Of a stretch of 64,000 nucleotides of DNA, positions 28,846 through 37,765 are shown in pieces. Each line of letters starts with the position of its first letter. Within the stretch, counting starts at the first letter, position 1. The notes under the pieces were generated by a model. It was not told the DNA's origin. It saw only the letters and a program-made list of their open reading frames with translations, and did not search any database. Source of the stretch: a virus; IMG/VR virus record IMGVR_UViG_3300044993_000080, positions 1-64,000 of that record; one strand, written 5' to 3'. Made by a program: the position numbers and the translations under genes.

Positions 28846-29878
28846 GGCAATCGACCGCAACAAGGATCGTGTCCGGGTCCATGGCTTCGAGCCGGGCCAT
28901 GATTTCGCGGTGCCAGTGCTTATTCTCACCGGCAACTACGGCGAACATCAGCATCTGGCCCTTCTCGTGCCAGCCGTCCTTATCGACCAAAGCAAAGGGC
29001 AGGACGGTCGTGGCGGCCTTGCGGAATACCACGTCATCACGCGGGCCGATCCAGTCGGTCACGCTGTCGAAAAAGTCAATGATCTTGCCCCCGGCCCAAT
29101 GCTTTCTGTTTTTGTCGGTCGCGTCGAATGCCACGACTTCACGGGCCGCTACGATTGCGGGCTGCTGGTTGAATACCTTCCGGGCCGTGTCGTAATCAGA
29201 AGCATAGCGTTCTTTGATAGTCTCCCACGTCTCGGGCTTGGGGTGCTGCGCCATCGCCGCGTGGATGTCGTCATAGTAACGTCCGTAACGCTCCGTGGCA
29301 GTCTCGATGCGCTGCTTGAACGGCCAATCGCCCAGCCGGATCGAGTTGCCGTCTCTGCGAAAGCCCTGAAGCGCAGCCGGGACGTTCGGGTTGTCCTCGG
29401 TGCCCTCCTCGCTGAACATGCCGCTCCAGCGCCCGCCAATGACATACCAGTCCCACTTACGGTTCGGGTTGGTGCGGTTCACCACGCGGATGACCTCGTG
29501 CTCGCAGCCGACAACCTTGCCGTCATCGGCTGCGAGCTTGATCTGGAGCTTGGCTTTGGCCGGGCGAACTTCGATGTAGCCGTATTTGTGTTTACCGCTG
29601 ATGTCCGGCGTCTCGCCTTCCATGACAAACTCCAGCCCGTAGTGGCTGCGCGCCCAGTCGGCGAAGCTCGTCACTTCCCCGCTGCGGGTCGTCGCGTATT
29701 CCCAGCTTGCGCGCGCCCCGTCGGTCTCGTCGACATCGACCACGTATTCGTTGTCTATGCCGGTGCACTCGAACTCGTGGTAAGGTGCGAGCATCGGGGC
29801 GATGGCCGCGCTCAGATCGCCATTGGCCTCGGCCACCTTCTCTGGCGGCACCGCTACTATCACGACAAAATGCGACAT
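28838..29878 (-). CDS. Conserved hypothetical phage protein
   Basis: MSHF.V.V, NPN.KWDWY.IGGRW.G and terminal VDCH motifs. Confidence 0.75.
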   Translation of the reverse strand: MSHFVVIVAVPPEKVAEANGDLSAAIAPMLAPYHEFECTGIDNEYVVDVDETDGARASWEYATTRSGEVTSFADWARSHYGLEFVMEGETPDISGKHKYGYIEVRPAKAKLQIKLAADDGKVVGCEHEVIRVVNRTNPNRKWDWYVIGGRWSGMFSEEGTEDNPNVPAALQGFRRDGNSIRLGDWPFKQRIETATERYGRYYDDIHAAMAQHPKPETWETIKERYASDYDTARKVFNQQPAIVAAREVVAFDATDKNRKHWAGGKIIDFFDSVTDWIGPRDDVVFRKAATTVLPFALVDKDGWHEKGQMLMFAVVAGENKHWHREIMARLEAMDPDTILVAVDCHV

Positions 29879-29892
29879 TCATTCAACTCCTG

Positions 29893-30609
29893 TTATGGGT
29901 GGTGTCGGGTTTGACCCACTCCGGGTGCTTCGCCCTCTTCCATCTTGAGAGAGCCTTCATTCCAGCCTACCGGCCATCTAAAGGTGTCACTGTTGACGCC
30001 CCAGAGGTGGTATTGGTTAGCTGTATCCACCACGCGATCCTCGCATGGGTAGAGTTCGACGGCCTCGCAGTTCGGGCCTAGCAGTTCGTTCTTGATGCGC
30101 TGCATGTCCGCCCAGTGGGCGCGCAACGGCTTCTGGTCGTGGCGCTTGATTGACAGGTGCACCATCTCGATCACGCCACCTTCACCATCCATGGTGAGAG
30201 TGCGCCGGACCGCCACGTGATACCGGGAATTGATGTAGTGCTCGTCTTCCATAGTCGTGAGGTAGATCGCGCGCATCTCTTCCATGGTCTTGCCGGACTT
30301 GGCACCTAGAATGCGAAAGCGCTCTTCCGCTCCGGCGGTGAAGAGCTGGCGCAGGTCTACGTCTGCGGGCTTGAATGGCGTCCATTCCGGGTCCGCGTCG
30401 AGCCGCCGCAGCCGCTCTCGGTAGAGGTCGTCGAGTATCCGCTCGTAATCCTGTGCCGGGCGCTGGCCAATCTCCGCGACGGCATACTTGAAGTCCTCGA
30501 CCATCTCGGGGATATTCGAGTGCAGTCCGGCCACTACCGCCATAACACGGTCGATCTTTTCTTTCAGGTCTGCGTCGGTGAGCCCGCGCAAAATTTCGGG
30601 AGTAATCAC
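29893..30609 (-). CDS. Hypothetical protein
   Basis: C-terminal HLSIKR.D.....W..MQRIKNEL.G...EAVE.YP......D.AN.YHLW domain common in phages. Confidence 0.75.
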   Translation of the reverse strand: MITPEILRGLTDADLKEKIDRVMAVVAGLHSNIPEMVEDFKYAVAEIGQRPAQDYERILDDLYRERLRRLDADPEWTPFKPADVDLRQLFTAGAEERFRILGAKSGKTMEEMRAIYLTTMEDEHYINSRYHVAVRRTLTMDGEGGVIEMVHLSIKRHDQKPLRAHWADMQRIKNELLGPNCEAVELYPCEDRVVDTANQYHLWGVNSDTFRWPVGWNEGSLKMEEGEAPGVGQTRHHP

Positions 30610-31400
30610 AGCCTAACCACCCTTCGTTTCGTATATGAGGTCGCGGAACCGGACGGTGCTTTGGGTTGCTTAGTTGCAACCGGGTGCAGCGCCACGGGCG
30701 GGTCATCATGGCCGTAGCCCAGCCGGGTCGCCCTGCGCGGAAGGTAAGGCTCCGGGCCGACCTGCGAACGATCCCAGTTGGCGTAGTGTGCACGGGACCA
30801 CGTGTCTTCGGGATCAGCTTCAGCGCGGGCCTTGTCGCGCTCCAGCGCGACCATCAAAAGGTGAAGGCGAGGCACTTGACCCTCCGCCATGCTTTCGCGG
30901 CAAGCCCCCGCGTCAGTCCACCACGTGCCGCCTGCGAACAGGTAGAGGTATTCGCACCACGTCTCATTGTAGGCGTCCCAGAGGTCTGCGAAACTGGCAT
31001 AGCTGCCCATCATGCGCTCGTAATCGCCTCTGTCCCGCCCGTAGAAACGACACATGCGGCTCTCAGGCATGGCGCTGATCTGGGCAAGCTCGTAGATAAC
31101 GCGGCTGGGCTTGCCGTCTGTGTCGAGATACTGGCCCTTCTCTTCCAGAGACAGGGCGTCGAACTCGGCTCTGAAGTTACGCTTGATGTTAAAGCGCCAC
31201 TCGAAGTCGTGCTTGACGCCGATCACCTCACCCAACGATGACATATCACCGTGCCGGAACAGGTGCCGCGCGCCGTTGAAGCCGTGGTAATACTTCATCA
31301 GATACACGCCGTTGTAGGGCAGGTATCCGTCGCTGTGGCAATAGATCGCGTCGTAATGACCGTCCGGCTGGCGGATGGCTAGGCAACTGCGGGTGCTCAT
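30606..31400 (-). CDS. Conserved hypothetical phage protein
   Basis: MSTRS...IYCH.DGY....G..L and EY.YLF motifs. Own promoter and leader motif. Confidence 0.75.
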   Translation of the reverse strand: MSTRSCLAIRQPDGHYDAIYCHSDGYLPYNGVYLMKYYHGFNGARHLFRHGDMSSLGEVIGVKHDFEWRFNIKRNFRAEFDALSLEEKGQYLDTDGKPSRVIYELAQISAMPESRMCRFYGRDRGDYERMMGSYASFADLWDAYNETWCEYLYLFAGGTWWTDAGACRESMAEGQVPRLHLLMVALERDKARAEADPEDTWSRAHYANWDRSQVGPEPYLPRRATRLGYGHDDPPVALHPVATKQPKAPSGSATSYTKRRVVRL

Positions 31401-31451
31401 AATCAACTTCCTCTCGACTAGGCGAGACTATGGCCTAGGCAAGATTTGTTG

Positions 31452-32021
31452 TCAAGCGATTTTTCGCAGTTTGTCCTTGTAATGTATCTCGATCTGAAGG
31501 GCGCTTTCCATGTAGAACGGCCCCACACTGGTCGTAAAGTCCATTACGATTCTGCCGCCCACGATCTGGGTGATGCACTTCTGGGTCGCGTTGAGTTCAT
31601 TGAAGTGCTCGATGATGTGCTGCTCCAGTTCGAGATAACACTCGTCATCCATGAGCGCCCATTTAAGCAAAGTGCGCAGCGTGTATTCGTAAAAGAAGGC
31701 CGGGGCGGCATAGACGGGTAAGGCCCATTTGCGATCACCTGATCGGACCTTCCCATATTCCTCGACTACGCACTTGATCGTAGGCGAAAGCTCTTTCTTG
31801 TAGCGCGGGTCCAGCACGACCGGGACTGGTAGTCTCGGGTCAGCGTAGCCCGCCTCTCGATACATAGTCCTGCCTGCCCCAGCAGGGACCCAATGCGCGT
31901 GATCCTCTAACGGTTGCTGACGTGCGGGCGGAATGACTGAGACTGGGGCCGGACGGCTACGAGCGCGCGGCGCTAAAGTGACGGGTGGGCGTGAGCGCGG
32001 CGGAGGTGAAACAACTGTCAT
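31452..32021 (-). CDS. Hypothetical protein
   Basis: TTGACG-17-TACTAT promoter and AGAGGAG RBS. Confidence 0.7.
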   Translation of the reverse strand: MTVVSPPPRSRPPVTLAPRARSRPAPVSVIPPARQQPLEDHAHWVPAGAGRTMYREAGYADPRLPVPVVLDPRYKKELSPTIKCVVEEYGKVRSGDRKWALPVYAAPAFFYEYTLRTLLKWALMDDECYLELEQHIIEHFNELNATQKCITQIVGGRIVMDFTTSVGPFYMESALQIEIHYKDKLRKIA

Positions 32022-32080
32022 GGGGCTCCTCTTTGTGAGTGCCCATAGTAAAGTAACCGGGATTTTACGTCAAGCGAAAC

Positions 32081-32407
32081 TTAGAGCAGACTGATGTTCC
32101 TGCACGCCTTGATTTTGAAGATCGAGTAATAGAGACCAACAAAACAAACGATCATAACGACCGCAAGCGGGACAAGACACAGCCCCAAGATGAACGGCTT
32201 GACGTAGGGCATGAGGTTGTCCAGCGTGTGAAACAAACTCAATGCTACGGCGGGTATAATCACCGTGGAAAGCGATGACAGCATGAACAGGATGAAGCGC
32301 CCTTGCCACGTCATAAAGATGTGACCCCCACGGACACAGAACCCTTGGGCTTTGCACTCTTTGCAGATGTTTCGCGCCTCTCCAATCTCGCGCTCCAATA
32401 ACTGCAT
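32081..32407 (-). CDS. Hypothetical membrane protein (2 TM)
   Basis: Two long hydrophobic segments. Start uncertain. Confidence 0.5.
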   Translation of the reverse strand: MQLLEREIGEARNICKECKAQGFCVRGGHIFMTWQGRFILFMLSSLSTVIIPAVALSLFHTLDNLMPYVKPFILGLCLVPLAVVMIVCFVGLYYSIFKIKACRNISLL

Positions 32408-32553
32408 TACACTCGCCACCTTGGGTGTGGCCAAAACGGCCAAGCTGGGTAGTTTAATGAACCTCGACGCAATAATTGTCAAGTGCCTCAGGTTATGGCC
32501 ACAGCCCTTGCAATAGCAACGGGTTGCAAATTACGGGTTCGTAAATCTTGGTC

Positions 32554-32901
32554 TCAATCACGGTCTTTCGGTTCCTCAATAAAGACTTCTGGGGTTCCGA
32601 TTACCGCCCCTGTCGCCGCCGCAAAAGCGGTGACTGCTTCTTCCATGAGGAAAAGGATCGTGGCCCCGATGTCCGGTTGTCCGTCCGGAGCGATCTGGTT
32701 TGCGACCTGCTCCGAGGTAAAGCCCCGTGCTTCACCTACGAATATAGCTGCGGTGCGCAGCCGCTCCTCGCTAGTGATACTGATGTCCACCACGTAGGTG
32801 GCGATTGTGGCAGGCCCAGATACGACAATCGGGCGGGACCGCGCCCTGACTGCCACAGGCGTTGTCGCCCTCGCTGCACTGTGCTTTGCTTTGATGGTCA
32901 T
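32554..32901 (-). CDS. Hypothetical protein
   Basis: 115-aa ORF in an operon. Confidence 0.6.
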   Translation of the reverse strand: MTIKAKHSAARATTPVAVRARSRPIVVSGPATIATYVVDISITSEERLRTAAIFVGEARGFTSEQVANQIAPDGQPDIGATILFLMEEAVTAFAAATGAVIGTPEVFIEEPKDRD

Positions 32902-32907
32902 ACATCA

Positions 32908-33657
32908 TCACCCCGTGTAGTATTTGCCGCCACTCCAGCGCTCCACAGTGCCGTCAGCCAACACCCGTTCGTAAAACTGGCCATCGTCGTCTAGTTCCCA
33001 CTGCGACGCGTCCCGGATGGCGGCCATGGCGAGCACCGCTGCGCGGTCTACCTCACCGGGCTCCAGCGCTTCCGCATATGCGTCCATGCCATCAGTCAGC
33101 GCCTTGCGCGGCATCATCTCGCCAAAGGCTAAGAGGTTAGGGGTCCCGTGCTCTCTAAACCATGCAAGGTGGTTGGCGAGCGGTATGCTGATCCCCATGT
33201 AAACACACCGGGCACGGTATCCGGGAATGAGGTCACTCTCGGTCATGCTGTTGACGATAGACAGCCATGTCGGGTCTGACACTGATCCGTCAGGGTGCGT
33301 TACCCAAGCGTGATGCGTGGGCACCGACTGCTCCATACAGGCCCACCCCTCAGTGTATCGAAGCTCGCGGTGCTCAAGCGCCAACTGCATAGCGTTGGCA
33401 AAACAGTTGCCCGCTTTCATCTCCGGAAACGCGGACGCTGTGATTAACGCGGGTTTGGCTGTCGTGTTGAATAACACCATCTCCTCGGTGCACGAGTAGC
33501 GAAGCCGGAACGGCGGTGGCTGCCTCTGCACCATCTTGCGGCGCAACCACGTAGCTGCGGCAAGCTCCAACTTCAGAAACCGCACCAACAACTCCATGCG
33601 GTCTTCGGGCGGGGCAGTGAAGACCGAAGCATAATGCCGGAGCCCAGCGCCAATCAC
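32908..33657 (-). CDS. Hypothetical protein
   Basis: G.CF.NA.......Y.EG.A......HAW.....G...DPTW conserved phage motif (Cys-His-Asp order as in transglutaminase-like folds). Confidence 0.7.
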   Translation of the reverse strand: MIGAGLRHYASVFTAPPEDRMELLVRFLKLELAAATWLRRKMVQRQPPPFRLRYSCTEEMVLFNTTAKPALITASAFPEMKAGNCFANAMQLALEHRELRYTEGWACMEQSVPTHHAWVTHPDGSVSDPTWLSIVNSMTESDLIPGYRARCVYMGISIPLANHLAWFREHGTPNLLAFGEMMPRKALTDGMDAYAEALEPGEVDRAAVLAMAAIRDASQWELDDDGQFYERVLADGTVERWSGGKYYTG

Positions 33658-33962
33658 GATCTCTTCACCAGCTTGACGCGGGCACCGCCGGTATAGGTGT
33701 AGGTCTTCTCAACTACCCAGTCGTCGCCTGTGTGCTCCGACAGGATGTCGGCGACTTTGCGCGGCGTGAGCTTCGAGTGCTTCGCCAGTTCGGCGTGCGA
33801 AAACTCGATCTCGCGGATCGCTACACTGGTATACATCAGGACGGTAACGTCCAGCCCGTGCGCGTCGCGGTAGTGAGCGATGATCTCGGCGGCCTCACGG
33901 TCACGCGCCTCCTCCATCATCGCCTCTTCACGGTCTTCGTCGTATGTCCGGTCACAGTCCAT
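33654..33962 (-). CDS. Hypothetical protein
   Basis: Own TTGACA promoter and GTCGAGAGGAGA leader. Confidence 0.7.
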   Translation of the reverse strand: MDCDRTYDEDREEAMMEEARDREAAEIIAHYRDAHGLDVTVLMYTSVAIREIEFSHAELAKHSKLTPRKVADILSEHTGDDWVVEKTYTYTGGARVKLVKRS

Positions 33963-34037
33963 TTTAGTCTCCTCTCGACATAAGAGGAATGGCATAGCCC
34001 GGATTTTATGTCAAGCAAAAGCTGTGGAAAACTACCG

Positions 34038-34424
34038 CTAATGCAGCGCCTCTCGGAGCAAACGAACCGCATGGTCCAACGTGTCTTCGTAGTCCCACCC
34101 CTCGATCTCGGTAAGATGGTAGAACACGTCATCAGGCGAGTGGCACGACTGACCGCCGAACCATTCCTTGCACCGCTCGCAAGCAAGTAGCAGACCCTCC
34201 GAAGTCAGGCGGTGGTAGCCGTGAACGGATAACCGGATCATCTTGTCCGGCAAGACAAGTATGTTGGGGCTCGGTGCGTTCAGAAGATGACGAGGCATAG
34301 GGCGAATATTACCATCCACATCGCCAATGACGCCCCGAATATGACCCTGCCCCTGATATACAGCGGGTATTTCTTCATCTGCGACTTCGGGCAGTCTTCG
34401 CGCATGGGCCGCGTCCTTCTTCAT
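34038..34424 (-). CDS. Hypothetical protein
   Basis: 128-aa translationally coupled ORF. Confidence 0.6.
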   Translation of the reverse strand: MKKDAAHARRLPEVADEEIPAVYQGQGHIRGVIGDVDGNIRPMPRHLLNAPSPNILVLPDKMIRLSVHGYHRLTSEGLLLACERCKEWFGGQSCHSPDDVFYHLTEIEGWDYEDTLDHAVRLLREALH

Positions 34425-34933
34425 GCAATCCTGCTGTCGATAGGGTTGATATGTTGGTTATTGAGCCGTTCCCGCTCAAAGTCGTTCAACTCCTGTGGGA
34501 TGTCGATCAAATAGGGCTCCCAAAGCTCGGGCGGTAGCTCGTAAGCCGGAAGGTGCGTCCAGCCCCAGTAAGCGGCCCGGGTGTAGCGGTGGATGCCGTC
34601 AATGATAAGGTGCTCGTCTGGTGTGTCGATACCAACGCCGGGCATGTGCGCGAGCAAGATCGGGTAGTTGCACACATCGTGCGCAGTGATGCGGTTCCAG
34701 CGGTGCGCCTCGATCCCACGATGCTGCATGGCGAACATGGTGAATGCCAGATCAATCGGGCACTGGATAATCGGAGGCGGTGCAGCCATCTTGGCGATTG
34801 CGTTATTGATGCGCTCGACCGCGAAGTGCCGGACTACGCCCGTCTTGTTGTCCACGTGGCTGAACACAACCTCACCCCGCACAGGGACGCCCTGTTCGTC
34901 GAACTCAAGGTCCAATTCCCACCAGCGGATCAT
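34421..34933 (-). CDS. ParB/Srx-like domain protein
   Basis: YPILL...HLIIDGIHRY.RA...G motif. Confidence 0.6.
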   Translation of the reverse strand: MIRWWELDLEFDEQGVPVRGEVVFSHVDNKTGVVRHFAVERINNAIAKMAAPPPIIQCPIDLAFTMFAMQHRGIEAHRWNRITAHDVCNYPILLAHMPGVGIDTPDEHLIIDGIHRYTRAAYWGWTHLPAYELPPELWEPYLIDIPQELNDFERERLNNQHINPIDSRIA

Positions 34934-35115
34934 GTGCGCACCGGTCGAAGATCGCCGCACAGTCGGCGCATAGCAAATTGAATGAACGCACGCTTCTCAG
35001 GGTTCGTCTCGGCCTCAAGCTCGACACGATAGCGTTCATAGCCTTCCAGTCGGCGCTGACGCTCCTGTTGGTTTTCGACCGGCTGTTGGGTCCCGTAGTT
35101 TCGAATGACGACCAT
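34930..35115 (-). CDS. Small hypothetical protein
   Basis: Own promoter and TCGAAAGGGAGA leader. Confidence 0.65.
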   Translation of the reverse strand: MVVIRNYGTQQPVENQQERQRRLEGYERYRVELEAETNPEKRAFIQFAMRRLCGDLRPVRT

Positions 35116-35560
35116 GTCAGTTCTCCCTTTCGATAAGTGAAGACTGCCATAGGCTAGATTTGTTGTCAAGCGCCACGGTCTGGCTCGTCGAAAATGAGCG
35201 CCCGTGACGGGCGCGCTGCAATAGGTTGCAAGCACTTGGGTTCGACCTTCGGCGCGAAGGGCGTCCTTCGCCGCTTCGTCTGGTTTGGCGGGTCATTGGG
35301 TATCATGCGCCCATCAGGTGTGGGTGCTGATGCTCGACATCTCGGCGTTGCGATGTTGATTGCGGCTGGGTGGTGGCGCGGTCGCCTGCGTAGGCTCGCT
35401 CGGGCAACTCACGGGCGATCTCTCGCGGGTGTAGCCTAGCTCACGCCCTGCCTCTTCCATCAGGATCAGGACACGCCGGGTGGTGCGTGGGTTTGCGAGG
35501 CTTGCGGGGATCGATACCAGACCCGGCATCACGCCACAACCTAGTTTTGATGCCAAGCCG

Positions 35561-35971
35561 TCACTCGGCGATGGGCGCGCGGGTCTTCTGGAGCCGGGCG
35601 TAGTTGGCCGCCCCGGTGTGGCCGCTGATGTAGGCGTCCTTGGCTGTGGTTTTGGCTGGGTCGCCACGATACTCGGCGCGGTTGTCCTCGCCCTTCTCGT
35701 AGTCCTCCCACCCGCGCCTGAAGTCGGTATTCCATCCACCCTTGTTAACCGGGCCTGCCGTGGTCTGCTCGATCTCGGGCTTGGGCGACTTGACGGGCTC
35801 CGGAGCAGGCTCGGGCTCTACCTTAACGACAGGTGCGGCCTCGGACGTTACAGGCGAGAGTTCCTTGGTCTTCGGCTTGGATGTGCGTTTGGGTGCGGAT
35901 GTCTTTGCTGAGGCGGTCGCTGCCGTCTCGGTCTTCTGGGTCCGGGCGGGTGGGTTGGGTGCGTCCGACAT
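35561..35971 (-). CDS. Hypothetical Pro/Lys-rich protein
   Basis: GGAGG RBS before MSDAPNPPART. Confidence 0.65.
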   Translation of the reverse strand: MSDAPNPPARTQKTETAATASAKTSAPKRTSKPKTKELSPVTSEAAPVVKVEPEPAPEPVKSPKPEIEQTTAGPVNKGGWNTDFRRGWEDYEKGEDNRAEYRGDPAKTTAKDAYISGHTGAANYARLQKTRAPIAE

Positions 35972-36024
35972 GGTGGCCTCCGTTGCAATGAGGGCACCAC
36001 CCTTACGCCTGCTGGGTTTTATGG

Positions 36025-36252
36025 TCAAGCAATGTTCCGGGCCTGACCCTCTTTCTGACGCGCGGCCCACGCCAACGCGGCGGCGCTCGGTTTGCCTGCC
36101 GCGTTGGCGGCTTCGAGCGATGCCAGTAATTGCTTGGCGAGCCGCTTGCCCTCGGGCAACTGGATCACCATCCAACATGGCTGCGTCTTGCCCCGGTGCT
36201 CAGCGGTGGTCTCTATACGGAACTCAAGCCCGCCGTGCCTCGATCTGCCCAT
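36025..36252 (-). CDS. Hypothetical protein
   Basis: 75-aa ORF MGRSRHGG... filling a gap. Confidence 0.45.
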   Translation of the reverse strand: MGRSRHGGLEFRIETTAEHRGKTQPCWMVIQLPEGKRLAKQLLASLEAANAAGKPSAAALAWAARQKEGQARNIA

Positions 36253-37000
36253 TAGCACTGGCTGCAACTGCCCGATGCCTTCGAATATCCGGCAGTGCCC
36301 AATCTTGGTCCTGCGAGATAGACGCAATAATCGGTATGGGTCGTTGCAACGGGTTGCAGCCAATCGCTTCCTCGGGCTTTCCATAGTTGTCCTCTAACCA
36401 GTGGTTCCAAAAGTCCTTCGGCATGAAAGGCCGATACCATTCCGGGGGATCGAAACGTGGGTGCGCAACAGGTAACAGGCCGTCGCTGCTTGGTGGTGGC
36501 TCTTCGTAGCCGAGATGGACCAGCTTCCAGTAAAGCCGCTGGTTGCTGTTCTGCTGCGCTTTCTGGGCGCGGCGGGTAGCGTGGTAGCGGACGTTTCTCT
36601 CTGCCACGTTGTCGGCCATCGACTGAGGCCTGACGTGCTCGATACATAATGAGTTGGGGTTGCCGTCCGGGGTGTGAGGACAGTAATGCCCTGCTGTGTC
36701 TGTGCCGAGGTCGAACCCGTGAATATAGACGGCGCTCCAACGGTGAGCGAACCATCTGCGACCCTCGAACCAGAACGCGCCGTAGCGGGTATTGCAGCCT
36801 TGGCCTGATGTGGTGCCGCCCGTCCAGACGACGCATCCGGTCTCGGGTTCGAAGCGGCACTTAGACGCAAAACGCTCCAGTGCTGTCTTCGGTTTGCGAC
36901 CCGCTGGTTCTTCGTAGCTGCCTGCTTGGGCTCGCGCTTGAAGAACTTCGCGCTCGGCTCCCCGACCGTCACAACCGCGCATTGCGTATCCACACCACAT
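36224..37000 (-). CDS. HNH/His-Cys-type endonuclease-like protein
   Basis: GC..WTG....YG.F......AHR.S...HG.....H.C......N..C..H.......DN motif. Start uncertain. Confidence 0.75.
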   Translation of the reverse strand: MWCGYAMRGCDGRGAEREVLQARAQAGSYEEPAGRKPKTALERFASKCRFEPETGCVVWTGGTTSGQGCNTRYGAFWFEGRRWFAHRWSAVYIHGFDLGTDTAGHYCPHTPDGNPNSLCIEHVRPQSMADNVAERNVRYHATRRAQKAQQNSNQRLYWKLVHLGYEEPPPSSDGLLPVAHPRFDPPEWYRPFMPKDFWNHWLEDNYGKPEEAIGCNPLQRPIPIIASISQDQDWALPDIRRHRAVAASANGQIEARRA

Positions 37001-37101
37001 CGGAGTTTGTCATAGAACACCCCATAGCTGATCCGATAGAATTGACTGCGCTTATAGTAGTAGCAGTCGCAGTTAGTCCAAGAATAAGTACTTGCTGCAA
37101 A

Positions 37102-37156
37102 TTATGACACATCCTTTCTATACTGTCAACATGACATGAACGACTTTCATTGTCAA
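37102..37156 (-). promoter_or_regulatory. Tandem sigma70-type promoters in an AT-rich island
   Basis: TTGACA-17-CATGTT overlapping TTGACA-17-CATAAT. Confidence 0.65.
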
Positions 37157-37197
37157 GCACCACTGCAACCCGTCGCAACGACCTACTCTTCGTTTTA

Positions 37198-37761
37198 TTA
37201 GGGTTGTAATGAGCGAGCGCGGCGCTCGAAATCGTATGCCTTGGTCTCGATGTGGGTCAGGACATCCGGGTTCCAGATGCAGCCACTGGCGCAATCCCAC
37301 CCGTAATACCAGTTGCTAATCTGGTTGGTGATGTCACCCATCCCGCCCAGTCGGCAAGACCAGAAGTAATGGGCGATGACGATCCCGCCGAAGTCGCGGG
37401 CAACCCGGTCCCACTCTATGTTGTAGCGGGCGAACCGCGAGGAAAGCCGCACGTCCCTCGCATACTCGCGGTGGAAGGCGCACATCTCATCAAACTGGGT
37501 GATGAGCTTCACGCCGGACGTGTCGAGTTCGTAGGTGTGCACGAACTTCAGGCTGTCCAGTCCCCACCCCTCACTCTTGCACCATGTCGGCCAGTCGTGG
37601 TTGCTGTCCGGCACGCTGATCCACCCGCCCATGGGCTTACCCACTGGAGCCTCGCGCCCGTCTGGCAAGAAGTATCCACCTCCCTGTGGTTGCTGCTCCG
37701 GGGTGTAGCGCCGCTCCTCCCAATCGTAGGTCTCGGCCTTGGTGTATTTCTCGACAATCAC
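37198..37761 (-). CDS. Hypothetical protein
   Basis: KP.G.W.S, W..WC and WYYGWDCASGCIWN motifs. Confidence 0.75.
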   Translation of the reverse strand: MIVEKYTKAETYDWEERRYTPEQQPQGGGYFLPDGREAPVGKPMGGWISVPDSNHDWPTWCKSEGWGLDSLKFVHTYELDTSGVKLITQFDEMCAFHREYARDVRLSSRFARYNIEWDRVARDFGGIVIAHYFWSCRLGGMGDITNQISNWYYGWDCASGCIWNPDVLTHIETKAYDFERRARSLQP

Positions 37762-37765
37762 GTAG

